Positions 13,381 through 25,700 of a stretch of DNA of 64,000 bases are shown in pieces (within the stretch, counting starts at the first letter, position 1; the number at the start of each line of letters is the position of its first letter). The stretch comes from Squalus acanthias (lineage: Eukaryota): positions 34,472,001-34,536,000 of the forward strand of contig CM059449.1 in assembly GCA_030390025.1 (NCBI GenBank), written 5' to 3'. A model generated the notes under the pieces. That model was not told the DNA's origin and searched no databases. It saw only the letters and a list, made by a program, of their open reading frames with translations. A program made the translations under genes and the position numbers.

Positions 13381-14799
13381 AATTCCATGTAATCGGTTGA
13401 GACAACACGGATGTAGAAGCTTGGTGGATTCACGGCAGAGCACTAGGTATCGGAGGAGTAATTGGATTCACTTTGATCTCAAATTTGGTTGTGTACGAAT
13501 ATACAATAACAGAGAAATAAAGAAATAATTTCACAGATTAAAGTGATCATGAAATTATTGTTGTGTTCTCAGGGAACTGGGACGTTCCACAGAATCTTGA
13601 ATTGAGGAAGTTCTACAAATGGAATGCTAATTCTTTCAGAGGAAGTGAAGCTACAAGAGGAAGAGCCTCCAGGCGTGAATCATTCTAGGAGCCCGCAGTA
13701 ACATATGAGTCACAAAACCCAGGGCTCGGAATTGAAAAATGATATTGTAAAATGCTGATGTCTTAATAACGGACTAGTAAATGGATTAAATGGCAATTTC
13801 ACCCACGGGACCATGAGAGTCTTTGGGAAAGTGGAAACGTGGGAAAGTTAGATAAGTTAGTGGGACAGTCTAATTTAAAAAAGACTTAAACAGTTGCTGG
13901 GAGAAATGTATTTCTACGTCTTTCCCTGGTTTGGTTTTTACACTTTCTCTCTGAAATTCTCCTTTCATTCTGTGACCTCGCCCTCCTCTAGGGGAGGTGG
14001 TACCTGATGCTGAGACAGAGTTCTGCGGGTGCCTGCGACCTCTCCTATTTCTCTGATGTGACAAATTTTCAGGTGCGAGCCCATAGAATGAGAGTAAGCA
14101 GGACATTCCACTGTGAGTGGCAGTGCTGCGCAGCACAGACCGATCCAACATAGGTGCCCAAGGATCTTCCAGCGGCTGGTCACTCAGTATCGAACAACAA
14201 TGTGTACCTGGGATCTGCCAGCCCATAACACGGGGGCTAATTCTAATCCCACATCCCACCAGGTCGCAGCCTTGGATGAAATTATAACCTCAACACAGAT
14301 CAGAGGGACACATCGACTCTTTGTTGGAGACGGAAAATACCAACAAAGCAACATTTTGTAATTTCCCACCTTGAAGCAATACTGTGCGTATTCACAACAA
14401 CATGTTGCAACTTGTTGCACTAACCACCCATCAAGGGTAGAGTTCTGTTCCCAAACCGTGAAAATGCAACCAAGAAACCAGTGCTACGAATATCACTGTT
14501 GATCTTGCCTGGCATTGAACACAAGGTGACCAAGGGTCAGATTCCCGTCTTTACCGCCTGGATATTAAGCCTCACGTGGGCGGAGCACAGAGTAATACCA
14601 GTTGGAGAGGCTCCCAGACTATTTGCAGAACCCGCCTGATTTCCCTTCTATTGAACATCTAGCACTGAGTGCATTATTCCAGGTGGGTTCGAGGTTTCGG
14701 GAAAACTGGACCAAGGCGCCCAGACATCATTCATCTCCATATATCGTTAATTCATGCGTTCTCTCCTTACTGAAAGAAACCTTTCGTTTTATATAATTC

Positions 14800-15797
14800 A
14801 TAGTTATAGAAACATAGAAGATAGGAGCAGGAGTAGGCCATTCGGCCCCTCGAGCCTGCTCCGCCATTCGATGAGATCATGGCTGATCATCCAAACTCAG
14901 TACCCTGTACCTGCCTTCTCCCCATATCCCTTGTTACCTTTGGCATTAAAAAATATATCTAACTCATTCTTGAATATATTTAATGACTTGGCCTCAACTA
15001 CCTTCTGTGGTAGAGAATTCCACAGGTTCACCACTCTCTGGGTGAAGAAATACTTCCTCATTTCTGTCCTAAATGGCTTACCCCTTATCCTTAGATTATG
15101 ACCCCTGGTTCTAGACTCTCCGACCACCGGGAACATTCTTCCTGCATCTAGTTTGTCCAGACCTGTCAGAATTTTATATGTTTCGATGAGATCCCCTCTC
15201 ATTCTTCTATACTTCAGCGAGCATAAGCCCAATCGACTCAATCTCTCCTCATATGTCATTCCTGCCATCCCAGGTATCAGCCTTGTGAATCTTCGCTGAA
15301 CTCCTTCCATGGCAAGAACATCCTTCCTCAGATAAGGCGAACAAAACTGCACACAGTACTCAAGGTGTTGTCTCACCAAGCCCAACTGCAGCAGGACATC
15401 CCTGTTCCTATACTCAAACCATTTCGCTATGAAGGCCAACATACCATTTGCCTTCTTCACCACCTGCTGCACCTGCATGCTTACCTTCAGCGACTGGTGC
15501 ACAAGGACACCCAGGTCTCGTTGCACTTCCCCTTCTCCCAATCTATTGTTATTCAGATAATAGTCTGCCTTTCTGTTTTTGACACCAAAGTGGATAACCT
15601 CGCATTTATCCACGTTATATTGCATCTGCCACGCTTCTGCCCATTCACCCAACCTGTCCAAATCATCCTGGAGTTTCTCGGTATCCTCCTCGCAGCACAC
15701 ACGCCCACCCAGCTTTGTGTCATCTGGAAAATTGGAGATATTACATTTAGTTCCCTTATCTAGATCATTAATGTATATTGTGAATAGCTGGGGTCCA
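14800..15797 (-). mobile_element. CR1 LINE 3' region
   Basis: ORF 14897-15700 (KCEVIHFG, LEYCVQF, RGDLIETYKIL, FFTQRVVNLWNSLP) plus 3' UTR. Confidence 0.95.
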
Positions 15798-16062
15798 AGG
15801 AAGATTTAGGGTAATTTAGGAATTGGACAACTTGAGATGGTTGGAGCATTGGGTGTTTTCCTAGAATAATTCAATCCCCATTTGAAAGTCACTACATTCG
15901 GTCCTTATTTTTACTCAGTACTTTGACTTTATATTTTACAGTTTACAGTTTGGCTTTACATCGAGGAAGCACAAAATAAAGTCAGTTCACGTGTAAAGTA
16001 TGCTTGAATTTTTTTAATAAAACATTAGCCCACTCGCCGCTGCTGTAACGACAGCCGCAGTT

Positions 16063-16250
16063 TGGGGCAATTTTATCCTAAGTGGCTGGGCGGGATCCCA
16101 CGGGGCGGGTGGAACATTCCATTCCCGCTCCCGCGCAATATTACTCTCCACTGACTTCAATGGAGATTAAAATTGGGCGCGGTGTAAAACCAGCGTTGCC
16201 CCCGATCCCATTAGTTGTTCGGCCGGGCGGGTTAGGTTAAAAGTGCCCCA
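16063..16250. mobile_element. Short palindromic MITE (Harbinger-type); representative of a family with many copies in the window
   Basis: TIRs tggggcaattttatccta / taggttaaaagtgcccca and central tccactgacttcaatgga. Similar ~150-190 bp elements at ~17555, 19900, 21310, 21493, 22505, 22965, 24775, 25625, 27050, 30194, 31150, 33500, 41440 and 46130. Confidence 0.75.
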
Positions 16251-16439
16251 CGGGGTCAGGAAGGGTTTAATTGCCGTGATATGAACTTCGGTGGTTCACT
16301 GTATTGAGGTTCAAGAGGCTGAATAGTTTATGACTCGAATCTCTGCGTCAACGAAGGCGTGTCCCGCTAGATTCAGGCAATATCTTAATTGTTATCAACA
16401 TAACCCCCGGAGCGCTGTTTTAAACATATTTCTAACCGC

Positions 16440-16645
16440 CCGCCGTGTGTTGTCCATGACCACATGGCGCAGGCCTTGGACTGAGAGTCAGTTTCGGTGC
16501 TGCTCACGGTTCAGGGACAGCCCTGAACAATCAGTGACTGCGATTGGACGGTGAGCTCCCACACTGCCCACTTGTGAGTGAAGCTGAGCTCGGTTTCATT
16601 CAAGGCGCTCAGTCTTGTTCTGTCACTGGGAGAGACGGCGGGCGG
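16440..16645 (+). promoter_or_regulatory. Putative MHC class I proximal promoter in a CpG-rich region
   Basis: RFX/X-box-like GTTGTCCATGACCAC 16449-16463, inverted CCAAT (ATTGG) 16543-16547, partial ISRE-like CAGTTTCGGT 16489-16498 and GGTTTCATTC 16592-16601. Spacing is not the canonical SXY spacing. Confidence 0.45.
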
Positions 16646-16715
16646 ATGGACGGACGGGTCGGCATGTTTCTGTCACTTGTACTGAGTTTCTCCCGCCTAC
16701 AAGCGGCCCTGTCTG
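16646..16715 (+). CDS. MHC class I exon 1, signal peptide MDGRVGMFLSLVLSFSRLQAALS
   Basis: In-frame ATGs at 16646 and 16664, hydrophobic core, A-L-S cleavage site, phase-1 donor G|GTGAGT. Not in the ORF track. Confidence 0.85.
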
Positions 16716-19700
16716 GTGAGTAGCCGGTTCCCGCTGCATCATTGAATGTCTCCAGGCTCACCCTCTGAACTTAGACCTTAACCGGCAGGCCTGTCGCTCA
16801 CATCAGGTGTATCACACAGGGAAACTAGACAGTGTGTGCGGAAGTGAAGCGATGAAGCGGGATTGGAATCTCCATCCTGCTTCTCAGGCTCGCTTCTCCC
16901 TCTGCTTGGATTAGATGATGTCCATTACTGTCCGGACAGCCTGACATTACAGCTCAGTTACTATGACAGCTTGTATGTTCTCTCTGATAAGCAGGAGGGA
17001 GACGGACAGTGTGTTCCCGCTAAGCGGCTTGCGGGTACGGAAGTGTCAGTATAACTGCGAGCCCAATCCCGACCTGACCCCTGAGTGACCAAGAGCCCAG
17101 CGGCTAGACTCCTGCAGGAAAGCAGCTCAGTCGGTTCGGGTTCACACCTGTTTCAGTGTAACTCCAGCCGGCGGGAAGCTGCATTTTAAAAGCTTCTTTC
17201 TACCTCCTGGGAACTTGGAAAACCTTTTAAAACTCCCAATGAACCGGACAAAACATTAAAAATACAGAGGGAGGGGTTCACTTTTATCACAGGGGGAAAC
17301 GGGTTCCAGCGACCCGGGAACCTCTTTTACACTTTCCGACTCGCTTTAGAATGAAGCTTTGAGGCGGTCCGTGCAGGTTCGGGTGAAGATTGAGCTCCCA
17401 GAGTTAACCTCTCTGTCTCTTTCACACTGACCTGCTGCATATTTGCAACATTTGCTGTTTGTAGCGGATTCCCACCATGTGCGGTTCCATTCGGGCTCAT
17501 GTTGACTCTGTGCGATGGTGTAAAGAGGGCGAGAGCGAGTCTGAAGCCCTTTTTCCATCTTTCAACCCGTTCCCCCTTCTATTGAGTTCAATGGCAGTAA
17601 AAATCTGGAGAGCTGTAAAAGGAGCTGCCGACTGGCTATCGCCCGTTTTACTATCGCACAAAGTCAAGATCGAGCCCACTGACTGTTGGAATTGATCGGC
17701 GCCTGCTGCTCACAGCCTGGAGCTGTTCGGGGTAAACACCAGAGGCAGCTTTCGGCACCTGTTACAGCTGCTGTGGAAGAAAGAGAGAAAGAAAGAAATG
17801 CATTTCTACAGCGCCTTTCACCACCTCAGGACATCAGGTGGAAGCCGGTTTAACAGTAACTTTGAAAAAGGAATCGGACAAATACTTAAAGGGAAAACAA
17901 AAATACAGGGCTATGGAGAAAAAAGAGGTAGTGGGAATCATTGGCTTGTTCTACCAAAGAGCCGACACAGGCACAATGGGCCGAATGGGCTCCTTCTGTG
18001 CTGTCTCATTCCATGATTGGATGGAGTTAAATTACAGATCAGCCATGACCTAATTGAATGGCAGTAAAAGGCTCGAGGGGCTGAATGGCCTCCTCCTGTT
18101 CCTAAATTAATGTTGGTGATATTGGAGGTGAAATGCTTACCATATTGGTGTAACATTGCTTTGCCTGTTAACTTAATGGTGCAGCCTGTTTAAAACAAGT
18201 GGGATATTCGCTGTGTTACAACAGTGGACAATAACATGTCTTACTAATATTGCCAACAGTAATTTTAGGCAGAACATGTACAGCGGTACAGCGAGTAATA
18301 AGAGTCAATCAACAAGTGTATTTGTTGCTTGGTATGAAATTCCTCTTTTCACTATTTTAGCAGAGCCTCAATCTGTTCACAGCAGATAGATTTACACCAC
18401 CTCTGAAAGGGAGGAGGGTTGAATTTTCAGATTGTATAGCTTGTAAACTTTCTATCACCCAGCAGAAACATTGAAAGTGACCAGCCTGTGATTGGCCTTT
18501 CCTTGACCTTAACAAGGCGAGGCTGTATTTGTCAGTGAGGTTTGCACCTCTTCTGAGAAGGTGCAAACACAGGATTGGAGATTGCTACTGCTTTTAACAG
18601 CCAGCTCTATAATCGCTACCGATCAGGTTCAGTGGGAAATATTCTCGCCGGTGCTTTCAATTTGTGTCCCAGTCTTCCTCCAGTTTCAAGTCTTTGTCAT
18701 TCACCAGTGTGGTCTTTTCTAATCCAATTCCGCCCGCAGTTCCTAATGCTGGGAGTAGAGCCAGAGATTCCCTCCCCAGTGACGGGAGGTGATTTATTTC
18801 CCATTGGATAGAATGAGTTTCACTGAACGAGATAAGCAGAATAATGTGGGAGGGGTTCGGACAACGACAAAACCTTCCCGTTTCGCTGTGCAGGATTTTA
18901 ACTGAGTGACTCCCTGAAACATGTTCCTGTTTGCTTTACTAAGCCTTTACTTTTCTCAAAGGGTGGTTCCTGGTAAGTCAAATGACAGGAATTGTGCGGC
19001 TATATTCATTATTGCACGACATGACCGCCATCGAGAACAAAGTATTTGACCCCGGTTTAGTCCGGGTTACACTGACTGCCCCGTGTTTCGTCTGGGATAC
19101 AATGACTGCCCCGGTGTTTAGTCCGGGATACACCGACTGTCTCGGACATTGCGGATGCCCTGGGGGAGCTCCTGTGTTAGTTGAAACGGTGAGGTGACGA
19201 TAGGGCCTCGTGTGGCGTTGGACGCTTAAGAAAGGTGCTGGAGAGTTACTGCAGGACTGAAGTAATGTCCCCCAATCATAGATGGGGATTTGTGCGGTGA
19301 TTCAGACCGACGTGTTGGCAACGTTGGTTGGACTCATTCCAGGAGCTTTCATCACATGACCTCCAGCCCAGTCAACCCGTATTTTGTCCCCAGCTCCAAT
19401 AATATTATAATTGTGATTGTTGTGTTATTGTTGTTATCTTTCTCTCTAGTTTCTTGCAGCGGTGTCCAGGAGATTAATATTTAATTCCTGGAGACTGCGG
19501 GATAGTTCTGGAGGGTTGGTAAATATATGCTCCGCCCGTCAGATAGATTAAGTTGGTGGAGACAGTATAATTTTCGTGATTAGGCTTAATTTACATGAAA
19601 TGAGCGCCAAGACCTTTTGATTTAAAGGCAGCCTGCAGTCCCTTAAATGGCCGCTGCACTTTTCAAGGGTGGTTAATGGAGAGCGACTTACTGGAGCAGC

Positions 19701-22700
19701 AGGTTTCGTGACATGATCAGGTGTCCTCCGATTCTCTGGGCAACGGTGGAAGCGCTTGTAGGGCAAGTTAGCACGGGTATTGAGGATCTCGTCTCCTCTA
19801 ATAGGTAACGATAGGCCCGGCAAAATAGTCAGCTGTAATGGCGAGAGGTGGATGAGCAAGCCAATGGCAACAACATTGGGTATAAAGTGCATGGTACCCG
19901 AAAGCGGCTGATGGAGATCGACAGCCTGTTTTGGTCTATCGCCCAATTTTATTTTCCAATGACTTCAATCGAATAGAAATTCAGGCGGCGGGCAAAGCTG
20001 CCTGCTGATTCGCTATCGCCCATTCCGCGCTGCCGCCCAAGACAAATTTATATTCCATTTTCCCAAGGATCTGTCTGCATTGCAGGAAGAAACGTAATGA
20101 CCTCACCAGGACTGACAAGGTCAGACTCGGCTTCACATCTCTCTTACTGTCTGCACAGCCTCGCACCGCCTGAAGTTTGCCGCTGCACTTCTAATCCTTT
20201 CCTCCCCATTCCCATGGCTCTCCTCCAATCACAACTGACCCTTCACTACATTCCAGAGTGAAATTACCAGAAGCCCATTAACAGTTCAAAATGTTCAGCA
20301 GCCAGTACAAGCATTTTTAATGGATTAAGTAGTGAAATTCCACAAAATAATAGAAGAAAAATATCTCCCAAATATTACAAAATTTTATTTGAGACCAACT
20401 GAGGATTCCTTTAATATCTGCCTCCCGATTGGTTCCACATTGTGGGCAGGATCAGGAACTAGTGGGAACAATGTGGGCAGAGAGGGAAATATTACTGAGG
20501 GCCCTGAAAACGTCCTTTAACCCCAATTTGCATATATTCAAGCTGCTTTTTCCCCTCTTTTGCTCAGTAAATCTAAGGCCAATTTTAATGTCGCTACAAG
20601 CAGCGGGCTGGGAGCAGATCACTGCGCACACACCAGGGATGGATTCTGCACGGCTTAGTACCATAATTCTGGGTGCACTTCCTCACTAATTCACCAAAGA
20701 ATCCCCAGGTCAGACGTGGGACTAAAATCTTAAAGTTACGATTTACAAATGAGCTGAGCTGATGTAAATTATTTCAACCATCACATTTTTCATTTATTTC
20801 GAAAATGGGAATATTCTTGTAATTGGATAAGATTTAATATTAAGGCTCATTTTGCCTTCTCTGCAATGGTTTAACACGGGAGCGATGGCAAAATATCCAG
20901 TGTTCTCGCATTTTTCTGAATAAATTATTTTGTCCCTATTTGTTTAGCATTTCTGATATTTGTAGGGAAATGATTTTTTTAAATTATGTCCTAGAGTCTC
21001 ACTCTCTGTTATATTACTACACCCTGAACCATGGGAGTGCTGATCTGCCGGAGTACAGTTTTATGGGGCTTTTGGATGGCTGTGAGATAGACTATTACGA
21101 CAAAAATATGAAAATAACTGTTCCAAGACAGCAATGGATGGCAGAAGCATTTGAGAAGAGTTACTGGGACGAATACACAATAACTCAAGCTGGATTCCAC
21201 GGAATCATCAAGGGACAGGTTGATAGATGGTTGCAGCAGAACAACCAAACATCAAGTGAGTGTATTCGTTTGAATGAATGCAGCGAACGACAGGGGTCAT
21301 TTAAACTTGGGGGATAGTGTAACATGAGTGATATCAAACCGCCTGATATACACCCGCCTGATTTTCCCTTCCATTGACTTCAACAGAAAGGAACATTAGG
21401 CGAGGTGTATAATGGGCAACTAATTGAATATCACCCATTTTACACCCTCTCTGGAATGTAACATTAACCCCAATGAATGATGTTGGTGATACTGGGGGTG
21501 AAATTCAGTGTTGGTGGGTGTACAATGGGCAGTAGCAGCGAGGCCGCCCTTTATAAATGCTGCCTGATTTTCCTTTACATTCACTTCACAGTAAAATGGG
21601 CCTTGGTCTATAACAGGCGGCTTTTCCGCTGCCACCCGTTCAGCAACCCTGCTGAAGTTGAATTTCACTTTCAGCCAGATAAAATCCGGGCGCCTGTGAT
21701 TCAGCTTTTGTTTTACACCTCGATCGCAAAAGAAAATGAGATGTGGTGGAAAACGGGCGAAATATGGGCGCCTGTGAATCAGCTGTCGTTTTACACCTTA
21801 ATCGATTTTCTGAAAATCGGACATGATGTACTCTTTTGGTGCACACTATGAACAAATAAAGTGTAACTTAAAAAAACCATTAAAGGAAACCAAACAACTT
21901 AAATTAAAATGTTGTTACTGGTGGTGAAGATGCACTCCAGTCCCTGTGGTGCCCACCGGTCGTGGAAGATCACGAATGTGCTGGCGGACACCGTGGGCTC
22001 CATCTCCAGGGCCACCCGGGCGCGAACGTGGCCGCGGAAGAAAGGCAGGAAGTCGGGCCGAACGACCCCTTCGACCGCCCGCCGCCTTGACCAGTTGATG
22101 GCCACTTTGGCCAGGTCCAGGAGCAGTCCTACGAGGAGGTCCCCAGATCTGCCCGCTCCCCTCCGCACCGGGTGACCAAAGATCAGGAGCGTGGGACTGA
22201 AGTGCAGCCTAAAATCGAGGAGCAGCTTCTTCAGATAATGGAAGAGGGACCGCAACCTCTCACATTCGATATATACCTGGAACACGGACTCCTCCAGGCT
22301 CGGAGATGGTGTAAAGTGGGCGGCCGATTCAGCATTGGTCATATTTCACCTGGTGATAACAGGTAAAAATCCGCCCCTCTCCACCACCACTAGTTTTTAT
22401 TGAATGACATTTGTATTATTACATTTAAGTTATGATATTTGTAATATTATATTTATTTAATTATTTTGCTGGTATTTTACATGTAACTAATCATATTATG
22501 TTTATTGGGGTAATTTTTTACTCTTCAGCCAAAAAGAAAAATGGCCAATATTGGACCGACCGCCCGTTCTAAACCTCGCTCAGATTCCCTTTCAATTGGG
22601 CGAGGTTTATAATAGGCCACTGACCCGATATTTTTCGCTTTACACTATGACCACAATTTAAAATTAACCTCCCATTCATGGTAATATTACTTTTAATGAA

Positions 22701-25700
22701 TGATATTAGTAACACATTTATTGAATGACATTGGAAATAACACATTTATAGAATCACCTTGGCAATATTGTGTTTATTGAATTATACTGGCAATATTGAA
22801 TTGAAGGATTATTATTCATATCATTGCATTTGCTCAGTGATATTGGTAAGCACATATTTGATATTTAATGTAGATGTGTAAGTTTGAGGTTCCAATGCCG
22901 TCTTATATCCCGCAGGTGGCTTATCAGAAAAGCATAATGCACTGGCCGCAGTTTTCTATTCATTAGGAGTAAATTTTATAGTTGGGCAATAGTGTAAAAT
23001 GAGCGATATCGAAATGACTAGCCAATATACTCCCTGTCTGATTTGCGGGGTGCAAAATGGGCGGACGATCAAATATCGCCCATTTTACACTCTCAGCCAA
23101 AGTCAAAATTACTCCCATAGAGTCAAGTCCATTGGAACAAGGTTGGAGGACAGGGAATGTTAGCCTATGCTGTGCAAACATAACTCAGTCCCCAATTTAA
23201 AGTCATACATTCTGACATGTATTGTGACAGCATTGGCAAATATTCTGGTATGTTATTTATAGTTAAGTAACAACATTGCTGGAAAATTGTGAAGGTGAGA
23301 AGTAGAGTTGGTTTATACACGGGAGTTTTCCAGAAGTATAGGCTGAAGAGTTGGGCAACAAAAAACTGAGGCATTACAGCGCCACCACTGGAGCGAGGGT
23401 GCAATTGCAACATGCTGACTTTACATCGGCAACTCCCATTTCAAATGTTGACATATAGAATCATAAAATAATACAGCACAGAAAGAGGCCATTCAGCCCA
23501 TCGTGCCTGTGCCGGGTCTTTGAAAGCTATACAATTAGATCCACTCCCCTGCCCTTTCCCCAAAGCCCTGCAACGTTTCCCCTTCAAGTATTTATATCCA
23601 ATTCCCTTTTGAAAGTCACTATTGAATCTGCTTCCAACACGCTCTCAGGTAATGCATTCCAGATCACAACAACTCACGCATACAAGAAATCCTCATATCA
23701 CCTCTGGTACTTTTTCCAATTACCTTAAAGCTGTGTCCTCTGGTTACCGACCTCTCCCCATATTCACTCTATCCAACTCCTTCATGATTTTGAACATGAA
23801 TTCAGAGGAATTGATAATGGGATTAAAATGTGACAAAAGGAAGTAAGAACATAAGAACTTAAGAACATCAGAAATAGGAGCAGGAACAGTCCATTCGGCC
23901 CCTCGAGCCTGCTCTGCCATTTAATGAGATCATGGCTGATCCGATTTTGGCCTCAACTCCACTTTCCTACCCGCTCCCTATAACCCTTGACAGTTGCTCA
24001 AAAATTTGTCTATCTCAGCCTTGAATATATTCAATGACTCAGCTTCCACAGCTCTCTGAGGTAAAGAATTTCAAAGATTCACGACCCTATGAGAGAAGAA
24101 ATTCCTCCTCATCTCCGTCTTAAATCGGCGACCCCTTATTCTGACACTGTGCCCCCTCCTTCTAGACTCCCCCACGAGGGGAAACATCCTCTCAGCATCA
24201 ACCCTGTCCAACCCCCTGAAAATCTTTTATGTTACAATAAGATCACCTGATATTCTTTTAAACTCCAATGAATACAGGCCGAACTAGCTCAACCTTTCCT
24301 CATAAGACAACCCTTCCATCCCAGGAATCAACCTAGCGAACCTTCTCTGAACTGCCTCCAATGGAAGTATATCCCTCCTTAAATAAGGGGACCAAAACTA
24401 TATGCAGTAGGTTGTGTGGTCAGGTAGTACATACCATTTCTAATATAATATAGCTAGATTTATAGTTAAATACCAACATTTATTCAATTTGGGAAGCAGA
24501 GAAGTAGAATTGGTTGGAGCATCGCAGTTTCTCTGGGAAATGCAAAGCTAAATCCGACAGTGCCACCACCGGTGGGAGGGTGTAATTACATGATGACCAG
24601 CCGACGGTGGCAGCTTCCTTATAAAGGTGGACATAGGAATTTATAAAGGGAATTCTTAACACAAATGTAATTGAAATATGACAACAGGAAGTATGCTTTT
24701 GTGGACAGGAATTACACACAGATGTAAGAGTTTTAAATTTTCTACTCAATTTCCTGTTGTGTTGCATATGTGAGGTGTAATTCTAACTTTTGGTGACAGT
24801 GTAAAATGAGTGATATTGGATCGGCCACCCATTACACACTCCACCCAATCTTCCCTTCCATTGCGGCCATGGTGAATTGACAGCCCATTTTACATCTTTG
24901 AAAGTTAATAGAAGAACAATGGGTGGAGTGTAAAACAGATGCTGATTCGCTATGAGTCCATTTCGCACTACTGGCAAAGACCAATTTCACCTCGTCTGTA
25001 TTTTGCTCAACGGGTCATTGAGTATAACATCAGGGAATTGATGTTGACTTACAGAAGACATTGGTTAGGACACTGTTGGGGGTTTTCATGCAGTTCTAAG
25101 CACCTAATATAGCCGGAATATTACAGCAGACAGCTGCCGTTTAACTTTGGTGTCAATTGTTCTCTTTCTGTGCTGTAAATTCTATGTCCCTGTGTGATGA
25201 ACCTTGTTTTAGATACTAAACGCCATTTCTATCTGGAAAGAGTGACTAAAATATAACTGAAATTCTCAGATTTGGTGTGAATAGATGAGATAATTATGTA
25301 GCTATTGATCGATTCAATTTCTGTTCTAGGTACTCACTACCTTCAAGGACTGTTTGGCTGTGAGCTGAATGATGCCAATCCTAGTGTAGGGATTTTGAAG
25401 TTTGCTTATGATGGAAGATACGCATTTAGTTTTGATAAAGACAAATTGGTTTGGACTGTACATGATCCAGTAGCTCAGACCTTCAAAGTGAAATGGGATA
25501 AGGAAACAAAGATGAACCTTTATTTCAAGAGCTTGTTAGAAAAGGACTGTGTGGATTTATGGAGGACATACTATTCACTTGGAAACGCATCACTAACCAG
25601 AAAAGGTAAGTTCAGAACAACTTGGGGGTAAATTTAAAATTATGGCGATAGTGTAGAACTGGCGATATTGGATCAGCTTCCGTTACACACTCTCCCCATT

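Noticed and set aside
13573-13688. Possible terminal exon for the orphan alpha1 (open phase-1 frame after ttctcag)
   Set aside because: No similarity to alpha2 or any recognisable domain, and it is short enough to occur by chance.
19050-19145. Three ~30-bp tandem repeats in MHC intron 1
   Set aside because: Short degenerate minisatellite with no further structure.
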